The notes under the pieces: generated by a model | Databases searched by the model: none | What the model saw: the letters and a program-made list of their open reading frames with translations, nothing else | What the model was told of the DNA's origin: nothing | DNA from: Amoeboradix gromovi X-113 | Lineage: Eukaryota; Fungi; Sanchytriomycota | Length of the DNA stretch: 22,318 nt | Direction: 5' to 3' | Assembly (NCBI GenBank): GCA_018985225.1 | Contig: JADGIF010000083.1 | Location: 1-22,318 of the forward strand | Translations under genes and position numbers: made by a program | In this document: piece after piece, positions 1 through 9,151 of the stretch | Layout of the letters: every line of letters starts with the position of its first letter | Position numbering within the stretch: the stretch's first letter is position 1

Positions 1-656
1 ATTCCACATAATTGCAAACTTGAAAACCCAAGCTGATGTGCAAAGGTATCTTTGAGCCATCTAGATCATACTCGTGAGATAATTTTAATTTTGGGGTTTT
101 CCTCCATTGGTCGTCAGAAACAGATTTGAAGGCGACTCGGTGTTAGTGGGCGGCGTACTAGTACATTCAGTGAAATTACACGACTTAAGAGACAATATAC
201 TGTTATCAACATCTTTTAAATAGATAGTGGCCTTAATAGGATGTACATTATATGGCATAATGAGTTGAATCTCAATGGTTATTTTCACTTTTACAATGTT
301 TTTATCCTATACGCAAAGACTTCAGTTTAGTTTCCACAATTTCAGGTGGACCAGTGTTATTAGTCTCCGATACTTTTCTTATAGTAAAGGTATCATCAGA
401 AAAGTAAAACCTTTGACCAGTACCCCAATTCGTTTTTTGAAGATCAATAGTTACAGTTTTCTCTTCGGTATCTGTCACTTTTAGTTTCAAGTGTGCGAAT
501 TCGGAAAAATAATTAAAATTTGAATAACAATGCAAAAATTGTCAAAAGAGACTATTTCACGGTTGAATTTAAGTCGCAGTGGGTTTAGAAGCTGCAGGAT
601 TGTTGAATAAATCACTCTTTCAAGTAAAAAATATTGCGTAAATTGTCAGAGTCACC

Positions 657-681
657 ACAGCCAATCGTTGAACGTGCAAAC
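657..681 (+). promoter_or_regulatory. Upstream block conserved between the two GPI-protein paralogs
   Basis: ACAGCCAATCGTTGAACGTGCAAAC (657-681) matches ACGGCGAATCACTGAATGCGCAAAC (21602-21626) at 19/25. Each ends about 35 nt before its ATG. Regulatory role is inferred. Confidence 0.5.
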
Positions 682-714
682 ATTAATATATGCGCAATTC
701 CATTCTAACTACCT

Positions 715-1353
715 ATGCAGTTGTTTCTCCTTTTGGTTTTGGCACAGAGTAGTTCATCGTTTAAAGCCGAAAACCTTTCAGCGTTGACTAAAGATGACTT
801 TTTATCCTTGGCAGCTAACCCTACTTTGAATTCCAAGTACCAGTCAGAGATGGCTTCTCATGGCACAATATCAGATGCAACACTTGCCAGCATTAAAGCA
901 GAAACAGCTAAGAACGACATTCACTTGCTACCTGTAGCACAGCCCAGACCAAGAAATCCTAGAATGGATCTTCTAACTGCAGAAGATATGGTAAACGTCC
1001 AAACAGATCCTGTTTTGAACGCAAAATATACTGCGGATATTGCAAATTACGGAACGTTGACTGATAAGACGTTGGATGAGATATTTTCAAGACGTGACGG
1101 AAAGTCTGGCACTCCAACGTCTGGCACTCCAACGTCTGGCGCAAAAAAACCTAAAACTACTGGTACATTGCCTTCCAAAACTCCAAAGCAGCCTGCTAAA
1201 AATGGAACCACCTCTAACAACGAGGAAAAATCAGAGAGCCCAGCTGTTAGCACTACTGGTGTCGGCGAGACTATTGGTAGCAGCGCCGAGATGGGAGCTT
1301 CATTAAGCTTCTTTTTCAATGCAGTACTGCTAATGGTTTTATCTCTTCAGTAA
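715..1353 (+). CDS. Secreted, probably GPI-anchored surface protein with a twice-repeated ~43-aa domain (paralog A)
   Basis: 212-aa ORF with hydrophobic N-terminus (MQLFLLLVLAQSSSS), internal duplication, S/T/P/K-rich linker, and small residues followed by a hydrophobic C-terminus (SSAEMGASLSFFFNAVLLMVLSLQ). Clear paralog at 21662-22129. Confidence 0.8.
   Translation: MQLFLLLVLAQSSSSFKAENLSALTKDDFLSLAANPTLNSKYQSEMASHGTISDATLASIKAETAKNDIHLLPVAQPRPRNPRMDLLTAEDMVNVQTDPVLNAKYTADIANYGTLTDKTLDEIFSRRDGKSGTPTSGTPTSGAKKPKTTGTLPSKTPKQPAKNGTTSNNEEKSESPAVSTTGVGETIGSSAEMGASLSFFFNAVLLMVLSLQ
1104..1140 (+). repeat. 15-bp tandem repeat (about 2.5 copies) encoding SGTPT-SGTPT-SG
   Basis: GTCTGGCACTCCAAC twice, then GTCTGGC; copies are identical. 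Confidence 0.95.
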
Positions 1354-1794
1354 ATGTTTTCCGTTCAATAAATACTCATACTTCAATAAACCGTTTGTCC
1401 CTTCGTTTAAAGACTGCTTTAAAAATGATATCGTCCAAAGAAGAGTGAAATAAATGGTTGAGTGTGATGAAGCATTCACTAGTCAACATACACAAGGAGT
1501 GACACTCAAAAGAAAACCGTTTTGAGACTTGCAAATAATTTCAATTAAAGTGGACAGAGGCCTTATCGCATTAATGAACATGCTTGATCAATCCCGCCCT
1601 AAAACATTGAAGGCGTTATCAGCCATGTAACAGAACTGCAGGCTTTTTCAGTTTCTATGTGGAAGTTCTTGATTTTCTGAGTTACCAAGACGTTAATAAG
1701 TAGTAGGTCAAAGTATTATAGATTCAAATTGTGCTGACACTTCGATGAGACTGCCATTACATCAACGTATTGAGGATCGGCTTGTAAATAACAA

Positions 1795-2970
1795 TTAATT
1801 TATTATTAAGTGAAATCCTGGTAAATTCGCAATTCCTAAAAATACGTGACTCTCAATCAACGGATCCATGAAATACGGGATAGTTCCAATCAGAGATATG
1901 AAGGTGGATATTGACCATAGCAACTGAGTTTGTTCTGAACTAGTGTCATACTTTAATTTGTTCTTTACAAAACTGACTTCTAAAATGACCAATGTACATT
2001 GAATCATAAAGAACATAAAACTTCGACCGTCACAACCTTTGAACGCGTTCAGAGCAGCGCCTGCACATGCCTCATACTCATGAAAGATGCCGCTCATAAA
2101 AAATGCAAAAATAAATGATGCATATTGCTTAATCCTATGGTGTGACCATGATTTGGGAGTAAATACAAATGCAGTACGGAATGCCTGATGCCAATTCTTC
2201 CCCCAGAAGTCTCGAAGGCTCTTAGGACGAGTTAAAGTGTTGGACCCAAATAAATCTAAACAATTCATATCTTGCCAATAAAGTATCAAAAACATAGCAT
2301 CGTGTTGTTTAGATCGTAGCTCATTCCAGTTGAGTCCTAAAAGTTTCTTTTTGTAATAATCAACGAGTATTTTTGAATAAACAAAACCAGCCACAGCAAT
2401 TATATCAGCAGCAAATTGTAGAATATACAATACTGTACAGGCAAATGTGTATCTGCCAATAATGTGTCTAAGAATTATATTTCTAGACTTCAAGCAGTAA
2501 GAAGTGGTCAAAAAAAAGAAACTGACTTTTACGTTAGTTTTAATTAATTGCCACAGCAGCAGCCAGAAATTTGGACGCCAAGGAAGAACAAAATGATGAC
2601 TTAGTAGGCAAGGGGAGGACCTAATGTCTGCGCAGAACCGCTCCCAATTTGCCAATTTCGTGTAGTCTCGTAACTTCAAATGAGAAAAAACTTTGGATTT
2701 GGGCATTAGTATTGTAGTCGGCAGACCATTGCGATATATTTGAAGAGCAGGGTCATTAACCTGATATCCAATCGTTAACTTTAGTAATCTGGTGACTGTA
2801 ATAAAAATGCAGGTGCTGAAAAAATAATTGAGGCCGGCTTCATTAATTGGCAATAGAAATGGAGCCAGATACAGAGACATAAGCATAAAAACTTTCAGAA
2901 TTGCATCAAATTCATGAAATACGTTCACAAACATGAAAAGAAAGAGGACCCGAACAATCAAGCCTATCAT
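1795..2970 (-). CDS. Membrane-bound O-acyltransferase, wax-synthase/MBOAT_2 type
   Basis: 391-aa multi-TM ORF with family motifs SLRDFWGKNWHQAFR, AFFMSGIFHEY (catalytic His) and FFMIQ. Confidence 0.85.
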   Translation of the reverse strand: MIGLIVRVLFLFMFVNVFHEFDAILKVFMLMSLYLAPFLLPINEAGLNYFFSTCIFITVTRLLKLTIGYQVNDPALQIYRNGLPTTILMPKSKVFSHLKLRDYTKLANWERFCADIRSSPCLLSHHFVLPWRPNFWLLLWQLIKTNVKVSFFFLTTSYCLKSRNIILRHIIGRYTFACTVLYILQFAADIIAVAGFVYSKILVDYYKKKLLGLNWNELRSKQHDAMFLILYWQDMNCLDLFGSNTLTRPKSLRDFWGKNWHQAFRTAFVFTPKSWSHHRIKQYASFIFAFFMSGIFHEYEACAGAALNAFKGCDGRSFMFFMIQCTLVILEVSFVKNKLKYDTSSEQTQLLWSISTFISLIGTIPYFMDPLIESHVFLGIANLPGFHLIIN

Positions 2971-3548
2971 TGTTTTCGGTTACTCCAGTTCCCCTTTTGA
3001 TGAGTTGCGCAAACGCCGAATGAGAGTATGGCAACCATGGATACATGAAGCCTGGATAATCTCAAAAAATGTTTAAAATGCACCCAAACATGAGTTCTCT
3101 GGAACAGAATCAGCTATTATATAACCTTACAAGGAAATCCTTTTAGCGTTTCTAATTGCATTAAGCAGGGCTTGCTTTGAAATTGGTTTGACATCTAGTC
3201 TTTAGTGAAGATGAACAAGGCACCTGGAAAATTCTGAATGAGATTCTGATAGTGAAAACTAGAAATTGATCTCTAGTACGGAATGGTTGAGTTAATTAAA
3301 AATTTCCATTTATTTTAAAAGCCGGCTTCTCTTTTCTTCACTAAGTACCAAATCGAATGGGCAAGTGAAACAATTGCACTCTTATCTAGAAAAGCTGGCG
3401 GAAGAAATTAACGATAAAGCACGGACATCAATTTAAGTGAGATTGAAGATGAAGATGTTCTGGAAAAATTCCATCTAGTGAATAGAAGAGTTGGAGCAAA
3501 AGAGTTCTAATATCACTTTTTCTATGCCAAACTGTTCTTTCGTCGTTT

Positions 3549-3860
3549 TTAACAGGCATTCAATGACATGAAGTTTTGGTCAATTGCGTTGCTAGCGCTA
3601 TTGAAACGGGTGGCCCAGTGCTCAATCAAAAGTTATTGAAATAGTTTGGTAGTATTTGAGTGTGGCTTCCTTGTTTGCTTTACTTTTTTATGGAACAGCT
3701 CGATTGTTTTCTTGAATAAATCATTTATCGCGAATCTTTATGCATTTTTGTATAATTTCAAGACTTTTCCAGATTTTTCTAATAGCTTAAATACTCGACA
3801 TACTTCATCTTCGCAAATGGTAAATGGATGCAATCCTGAACATGTCAAATCTAAGAATAA
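3549..3860 (-). pseudogene. Possible degenerate hAT-transposase fragment
   Basis: One minus frame with two internal TAA stops reads LDLTCSGLHPFTI...FKLLEKSGKVLKLYK...LLIEHWATRFNSASNAI, resembling the hAT CxxH and TRWNS motifs in the right order. Motifs are imperfect. Confidence 0.35.
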
Positions 3861-4319
3861 CTAATAGTTACAGCATAAACTCATCAACATTGAGGAACTG
3901 GCCCAAGTATGGAACAATTAGGTTTTTTCAACCCGTCCTCAAAAGAGATCAACGATAAATATTTTGTAAACTACTTATTTAACAATTAGTATGTGATATC
4001 TCAATACTTAATATGCATGTACAATCTGTGGCAATCTTAAGAGAACCGTTTTGATGCTACGTGTATATAAATGTCATTTCAAGATAGATAGAGATTATAT
4101 AGCAGCAATGGTCTAGTTCTCATACTTTGTATCTCATTTCTTATAGGATCCAAATATACTAACTTCGATTTGTTTGAAGTAGTTTCTGTACTATGACTCG
4201 TTTACTTTCAGAACATTTCCAATATTCAGCTTTGTTTAAAATTAGATTTTGCAATTTTTATGTTATCAAACAGCTTAAATGAATTCGGATAACATTTAGT
4301 TGTCCTAAAATTGGCTCAA

Positions 4320-5030
4320 ATGGGGGTTTCTAACATGAATGTGATCGAAGAATCTGCTCATTTTGATCCAACCGGCATGCAAGAAGTGACATCTTACGAA
4401 GGATTGAATGTGTATTATGATGGCACCACTTATTATTGTAAGGGTGTTATATCTCTCTCAGCAGAGAATATTTTTAATTTCTATCAGGAAAATGATCATA
4501 AAGACTTGATGAAGGCGCTTAATGAAATATTGTCTTCTGCATTGCTGTGGGGCTCTTCCAGACCGTCTACTCCAAGTAATTCACCAGTAATAGATAAGAT
4601 GAATAACACACAGGCAATCACGACATGGACGGTGTCTTTACCCTTTGTCAGGCAGCGTGTGTACGCATATACCAGGCAAGGATTTGTACTAACAACTAGT
4701 GCTGGTCAGAAGGCTTATGTCCTAATTAATGAAGCTATTAAGGAAGCTATACCTATTGGATATTTTGCGTATCAGGTTTTTAATTATGCACAAAAGGCTG
4801 TCTTAATTCAACAGACTGATGATTTATGTTTCGTTTATGTGTCTTATTATGACCCAGATAATGTGGTTCCCACTGCTGTCTCTAACCTGTTAGTTCAAAT
4901 GTATGTGCCATATTTTATTAAAAGGATTTACAAATCTTGCGGACTGATGAATGATATTTCAAAAGATGTTAGAATCGCAGCAGTAGGTGACGCTTTAGAG
5001 CAGGGAATTCAGAAAGGTTTTGTACTATGA
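4320..5030 (+). CDS. START/SRPBCC lipid-transfer domain protein (PCTP/STARD2-like)
   Basis: First ATG at 4320 (236 aa). WTVSLPFVRQRVYAYTRQ and YVSYYDPDNVVPTAVSNLLVQMYVPYFIKRIYKSC resemble the START W.v..P....RdYvy.R segment and the DP.g.iP..l.N C-terminal helix. Confidence 0.65.
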   Translation: MGVSNMNVIEESAHFDPTGMQEVTSYEGLNVYYDGTTYYCKGVISLSAENIFNFYQENDHKDLMKALNEILSSALLWGSSRPSTPSNSPVIDKMNNTQAITTWTVSLPFVRQRVYAYTRQGFVLTTSAGQKAYVLINEAIKEAIPIGYFAYQVFNYAQKAVLIQQTDDLCFVYVSYYDPDNVVPTAVSNLLVQMYVPYFIKRIYKSCGLMNDISKDVRIAAVGDALEQGIQKGFVL

Positions 5031-5089
5031 TCGAAAAATAAATTGTTGACTTGATACGAATTTAAATTTTTTCTCAACTGACCTTACAA

Positions 5090-6022
5090 ATGGGACAGTC
5101 CCGAATGAATTCAAAAGTATTGAAAGAAGTATTTATCACTGATAGGAGAGAGAGAAATAGAATGATAAACAGAAAAAGAGGTAAATTGAACATCTGGTCA
5201 ACGCTGAAAGCAAAAATAGCACCAGAGAAGCGAAATTTTGTGTACACACATGAATTAGGTAGCACGGAAATATTTGATTACTTGAAGTTGAGATTGAAAG
5301 ATTTGAAGGCAATTTATCCCAATGTCATTGCGATTCCAAATGATTTTTATGATTTTGACAAAAAAATTGGGAGAACACAATATGTCCCCGCATTGCAAGA
5401 CATCTACATAGATTATCTTGAAAAGTTTAGTAATACTGTCCTAGACTGTAATGGAATTAGAGTCTCATTTTGTAACCCAGTTGAAGCTGTGGAAAGCAGC
5501 CTAAAACTAAAAAGCTATACTTCCATTAACACAGAAACCCTAGTCTATAAAACGCTACTGCATAGAATAGCTGACACAAATACTTCAAATTACGAGGAAA
5601 GGCTATACTTGGCGATTATCCAAATGCATGGTTGGGTAGAAAAATCATCAATGTTTGTTGGTATTGCGATTTTAGAGAGTTTAGTGAACGACATGTCTCC
5701 AACTGTGCTCATTGAAAAAAACAAAATGATATTAGGAGCGATTGTCTATGAAATATATCAGGTTTACATGTATTTCGTAGAGGATTGCTTTTATGATGCT
5801 GAAATATTGGACTTGTTAAGAATTTCTGCGCAGTTGAACTTCCCAGGAGCACTAAAAGAAGGCGTGCATGTGTTTAGGAAGTACTTGAAGAAGTATCCTA
5901 TGCTTTTCTTGGACCAGTTTATCCAAAAGAGTGATGAATTTGAAAATAGTATATACAGAGGCAAAGGTGATAAGGAGGGGAAAACTGCAATTTTGAAAAC
6001 TGCGTTACAAAAATATGTGTAG
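5090..6022 (+). CDS. Hypothetical protein (310 aa)
   Basis: Long ATG-initiated ORF in AT-rich DNA; basic N-terminus; no family recognised. Confidence 0.7.
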   Translation: MGQSRMNSKVLKEVFITDRRERNRMINRKRGKLNIWSTLKAKIAPEKRNFVYTHELGSTEIFDYLKLRLKDLKAIYPNVIAIPNDFYDFDKKIGRTQYVPALQDIYIDYLEKFSNTVLDCNGIRVSFCNPVEAVESSLKLKSYTSINTETLVYKTLLHRIADTNTSNYEERLYLAIIQMHGWVEKSSMFVGIAILESLVNDMSPTVLIEKNKMILGAIVYEIYQVYMYFVEDCFYDAEILDLLRISAQLNFPGALKEGVHVFRKYLKKYPMLFLDQFIQKSDEFENSIYRGKGDKEGKTAILKTALQKYV

Positions 6023-6288
6023 CTACACTAAAAGTAAACTTAAATTTTTGCTTCTATCGCAATGATGCCTACTTTGAGCGTAGACAACTTGATCGTATCT
6101 TGTTTCAGTATACTCTTGCCTAATTAGTGTTAAAATACATGGAGTACTCTTTCAATGATCTATGTGACAGCATTTTGCGAATTTAGATTAGACCACTACT
6201 GGATTGACGCTGCTGGAACCCTAAGGTCGAATTGAACAAGGTGTATCCTTCTTGCTGCTAACTGTACAAATTACAGTTTTTGCATGAG

Positions 6289-6739
6289 AGACATCAAATA
6301 TAAAAACTGGACTAACTTTCTATAACAACTTGGAACATTATTCAAGAGGCGAATGGACATTCAGCTAGTTGCGGAGTTGAAGAGTATAAAAGGAAAATAA
6401 ATAACTTTTTGTATCGAAATTTCAAAAATAAATATTCTGTACAGCTATTCTCTTACTCTTTCATCCAATCTTTACTTCAAATAAAATATCACTATTACTC
6501 TGTAAAAACTAGAATAGAAAAGAGTACCGTCTAGGAACATGCACCTTTTGCTTAGATGCTCAAAGACCTCATATATTTGAACGAGATGCAGGGTCTTCTA
6601 GTTTTATTATGAAGAGGGGATTGAAAGTAATGAAAGAAAATTGGTATAATAGAAGAAGATCTTTTATTAATGATAGCATTCCTCCGTATGGTGCACCTTC
6701 TTTAAAAACGAGTTAGTCTAGTTTTTATATTTGGTGTCC
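6289..6739. mobile_element. MITE-like non-autonomous DNA transposon, 451 bp
   Basis: TIRs 6289-6317 (AGACATCAAATATAAAAACTGGACTAACT) and 6711-6739 (reverse complement GGACACCAAATATAAAAACTAGACTAACT) match at 26/29. Flanked by direct repeat CATGAG (6283-6288, 6740-6745). No long ORF. Second copy at 22151-22318. Confidence 0.85.
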
Positions 6740-7245
6740 CATGAGTATGTCTCCGAGTTTGTCATCCTCATAGCAACCACGCGTTGTTTTCGTAGGAGTA
6801 TCAATCGCTTTCGACAAATTACGCAGACATCTTTCTTTTTCTTTGCGCAACAATCTCAATTTTAGACTTTTCTGAGTGCAGTAGAGTGTACCCTATATTA
6901 GAATTGATATTTTTAGCTTCGAGATATTCTGGCTGTGGCAATTTGGAAATTTCACCATTGATGAGAAAACGAATCTAGTTTTTACTCAATCACCGAAGAT
7001 CAAGAAAAGAAGGATACTCGAAAAGTAGAGGTCCTCGAGTCTGAATAAATATTTTATTTAGTTAAAACGAACTCGTGTTATTTATGAAAACGACGGGAAT
7101 TAGCAGTATCAGAAAAGCTACTTAGCAGTACTGCTTTGGCTGCGATCCTATCTTTACTCTATAGAAAGCGCCTGGTAAAAGAATTTTTGGAGCGTACACA
7201 GTTAAATGTTTGACTGGAATTTCAGATTGGAGGTTCAAACACGGA

Positions 7246-8151
7246 ATGGTAGAAATTAGCACAGTTGAAGAATTAAAGTCACCTGTAAAGCGAACAGCAG
7301 AACAAGAAACGTCTAAAAAAAAGAGAAGGTCTGCATATAAAAGATCAGTTTTTAATCCAGCAGGCAAATTAGAAAGCCTACATAACATGAATGGAATTCT
7401 GGTTAGTATTGCCCAGGGTCGTGAGAATGGCGCAGGTCGTGAGTTGTTCAATCTTATAATTGATGCTGCAGATAGGTTGAAACTAGACTACGATGAATTA
7501 AATTTCCCATTTAAAATTGTAGATTTGGGAATTAGATGTTTGCTGTTTGTAGACCTCGGTCAATGGAGTCCACATATGATTGTTGATAATATTTTCAACA
7601 ACGTTTGTGGTTCTCAGCAGCAGCATGTGAAGTTTGTAAGCAGAATTGTTCCTTGCAAGTTGTTTCCAGCAGAACTTGATACAATCATCAAAAATGCTGA
7701 GCTAGCGCTAGGAGATTTACCTGACAAGATTACATTCGCAGTTGACTTCAAGTCCAGGTACTGTGAGAAATTTAAGCAGCGTCACAAGTTTCTCATCAAA
7801 ATTGCTGACGCTCTTTTGATCAAGTACAATGGAGGTAAAGAAGTTTCGAAAAAGGAGTATTTGGAGCAAATTAAGGCAAAGAAACCTCAAAGCAGCACCA
7901 AATCAGGAAAAGCGAAGAAGATTGATGCCTTTGGTGAGGTTAAAGAGGAACCACCAGTGGAAGTTGAAGATGAGATCATTACAGTGCCAAATCTTGAAGG
8001 TGGCAAATTAAAGGTAGACTTAAACAACCCAGATGTACTAATCAATGTAGAGGTATTCAAAACCGTAGTTAGTGTATCGGCACTAAAGAATTACCGCAAA
8101 TACAGAAAATACAATTTAAATTTAGTAGCGAATGAAGGATTTTTGGAATAA
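7246..8151 (+). CDS. TAN1: THUMP-domain tRNA acetylation adaptor (Tan1/THUMPD1-like)
   Basis: First ATG at 7246 (301 aa). Motifs KFVSRIVP, TFAVDFKSR and KVDLNNPDVLINVEVFKTVVSVSALKNYRKYRKYNL. Confidence 0.85.
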   Translation: MVEISTVEELKSPVKRTAEQETSKKKRRSAYKRSVFNPAGKLESLHNMNGILVSIAQGRENGAGRELFNLIIDAADRLKLDYDELNFPFKIVDLGIRCLLFVDLGQWSPHMIVDNIFNNVCGSQQQHVKFVSRIVPCKLFPAELDTIIKNAELALGDLPDKITFAVDFKSRYCEKFKQRHKFLIKIADALLIKYNGGKEVSKKEYLEQIKAKKPQSSTKSGKAKKIDAFGEVKEEPPVEVEDEIITVPNLEGGKLKVDLNNPDVLINVEVFKTVVSVSALKNYRKYRKYNLNLVANEGFLE

Positions 8152-8162
8152 ATGTTTGATAT

Positions 8163-8684
8163 TTATTTATTTTGTACGATGCCATCAAATCTCTTCTTGA
8201 ACCAGTCTACTGTTTCTTGTTTGTTGACACGATGAGAAGCTCCAACACGGGATTGGCATCTCTTTCTTTTTGAGACGCGCTCACCCTTTCTACCCATAAC
8301 ACAAAAGAAATCCATACCATAAATACCAATGGAAGGATCGTACTTAATACCCAAGTCGATGTGTTCATCTAATCCAAATCCAAAGTTGCCGTTCTTTGCA
8401 AAGTTGTGATTAACCAGTTCATATTCTTTTACTTTTAATCCACGCTCCAAGATATCTAACGCTTTTGCACCTCGTACTGTACAGTGGACAGATATTTTTT
8501 CGTTTCTTCTGATGCTAAATGATCGCACAGTATATCTTGCTTTTGAGAAAACTGGGGTTTGTCCAGTAAGTTGTTCCAACACTTTTGCTGCTCTTGTAAG
8601 TCTGTCTCCAGATTCACCAACAGAAATGTTTAAACATAGTTTCTTCAATTGAAGTTCTCTCATTACATTTTCTGTTGTTGCCAT
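8163..8684 (-). CDS. RPL11: 60S ribosomal protein L11 (uL5)
   Basis: [39 protein letters not shown] and [20 protein letters not shown]; intronless. Confidence 0.99.
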   Translation of the reverse strand: MATTENVMRELQLKKLCLNISVGESGDRLTRAAKVLEQLTGQTPVFSKARYTVRSFSIRRNEKISVHCTVRGAKALDILERGLKVKEYELVNHNFAKNGNFGFGLDEHIDLGIKYDPSIGIYGMDFFCVMGRKGERVSKRKRCQSRVGASHRVNKQETVDWFKKRFDGIVQNK

Positions 8685-8760
8685 TTGATAATATTAGTAA
8701 TTCCCAAAAACTAGGGATTTATGACACGTGCAAGTCTTTATTCGGATATTAGTTTCATCA

Positions 8761-9101
8761 AAACACAAACTCTGGGGAGAGGGTCTGGTACTCAACCTAG
8801 TTGGTATTGCTGAAATCGAAACATACAGCGCGTTACGAGTTTTATCACAATGAACAGAGTAGGCATCAAGGTGGCCAAAGCTGGCAGCTGCATGTAACCT
8901 CACAATTACGTTATGTACGATTAAGGGCAATTCTGCTGCTATAGTGCTCTGCCAACTAGGGAAGGCCGCTTTGAGATTTCGAGTCTAGTCTTGCTACCTA
9001 GAAGTGCAAAAGCCGAGTATAGTATCCGTGGCATTCCGAATGGATGAGCTGTACCTTTTCGCTACCCGTGTATTGCCAGAACTCCATAAAGTGGCGTGTT
9101 T
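8761..9101 (+). ncRNA. Candidate structured non-coding RNA (~340 nt), class unassigned
   Basis: About 46% GC by hand count. Nested helices 8761-8766/9096-9101, 8784-8790/9074-9080, 8796-8804/8952-8960, 8855-8861/8945-8951 and 8882-8888/8935-8941. G-U pairs favour the + strand. No convincing ORF. Confidence 0.5.
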
Positions 9102-9151
9102 AAATTTGCAAGAATTGCTAAGATTATCATATTTATTGCATTCTGTACCTT

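Noticed and set aside
85-535. Two minus-strand ORFs that could be joined by a 25-nt GT-AG segment (288-312)
   Set aside because: No clear ATG start, the segment ends AAG without the TTAG/branch motif, and the product is unrecognisable. It could be a gene relic but is unsupported.
6560-6860. Stop-interrupted minus frame containing APYGGM, reminiscent of PIF1/Helitron helicase PFGG
   Set aside because: The frame runs across the MITE boundary and other helicase motifs are absent; the TIR/TSD structure explains the repeat better.
8725-8730. E-box CACGTG upstream of RPL11 and the ncRNA candidate
   Set aside because: A single hexamer can occur by chance; no evidence links it to the bHLH gene.
8860-9030. 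SRP helix-8-like (AAGGTGGCCAAAGCTGGCAG), U2-like (GTATAGTATCCGT) and U3-like snippets
   Set aside because: Loop, spacing and flanking boxes do not match the respective consensus, so no class was assigned.
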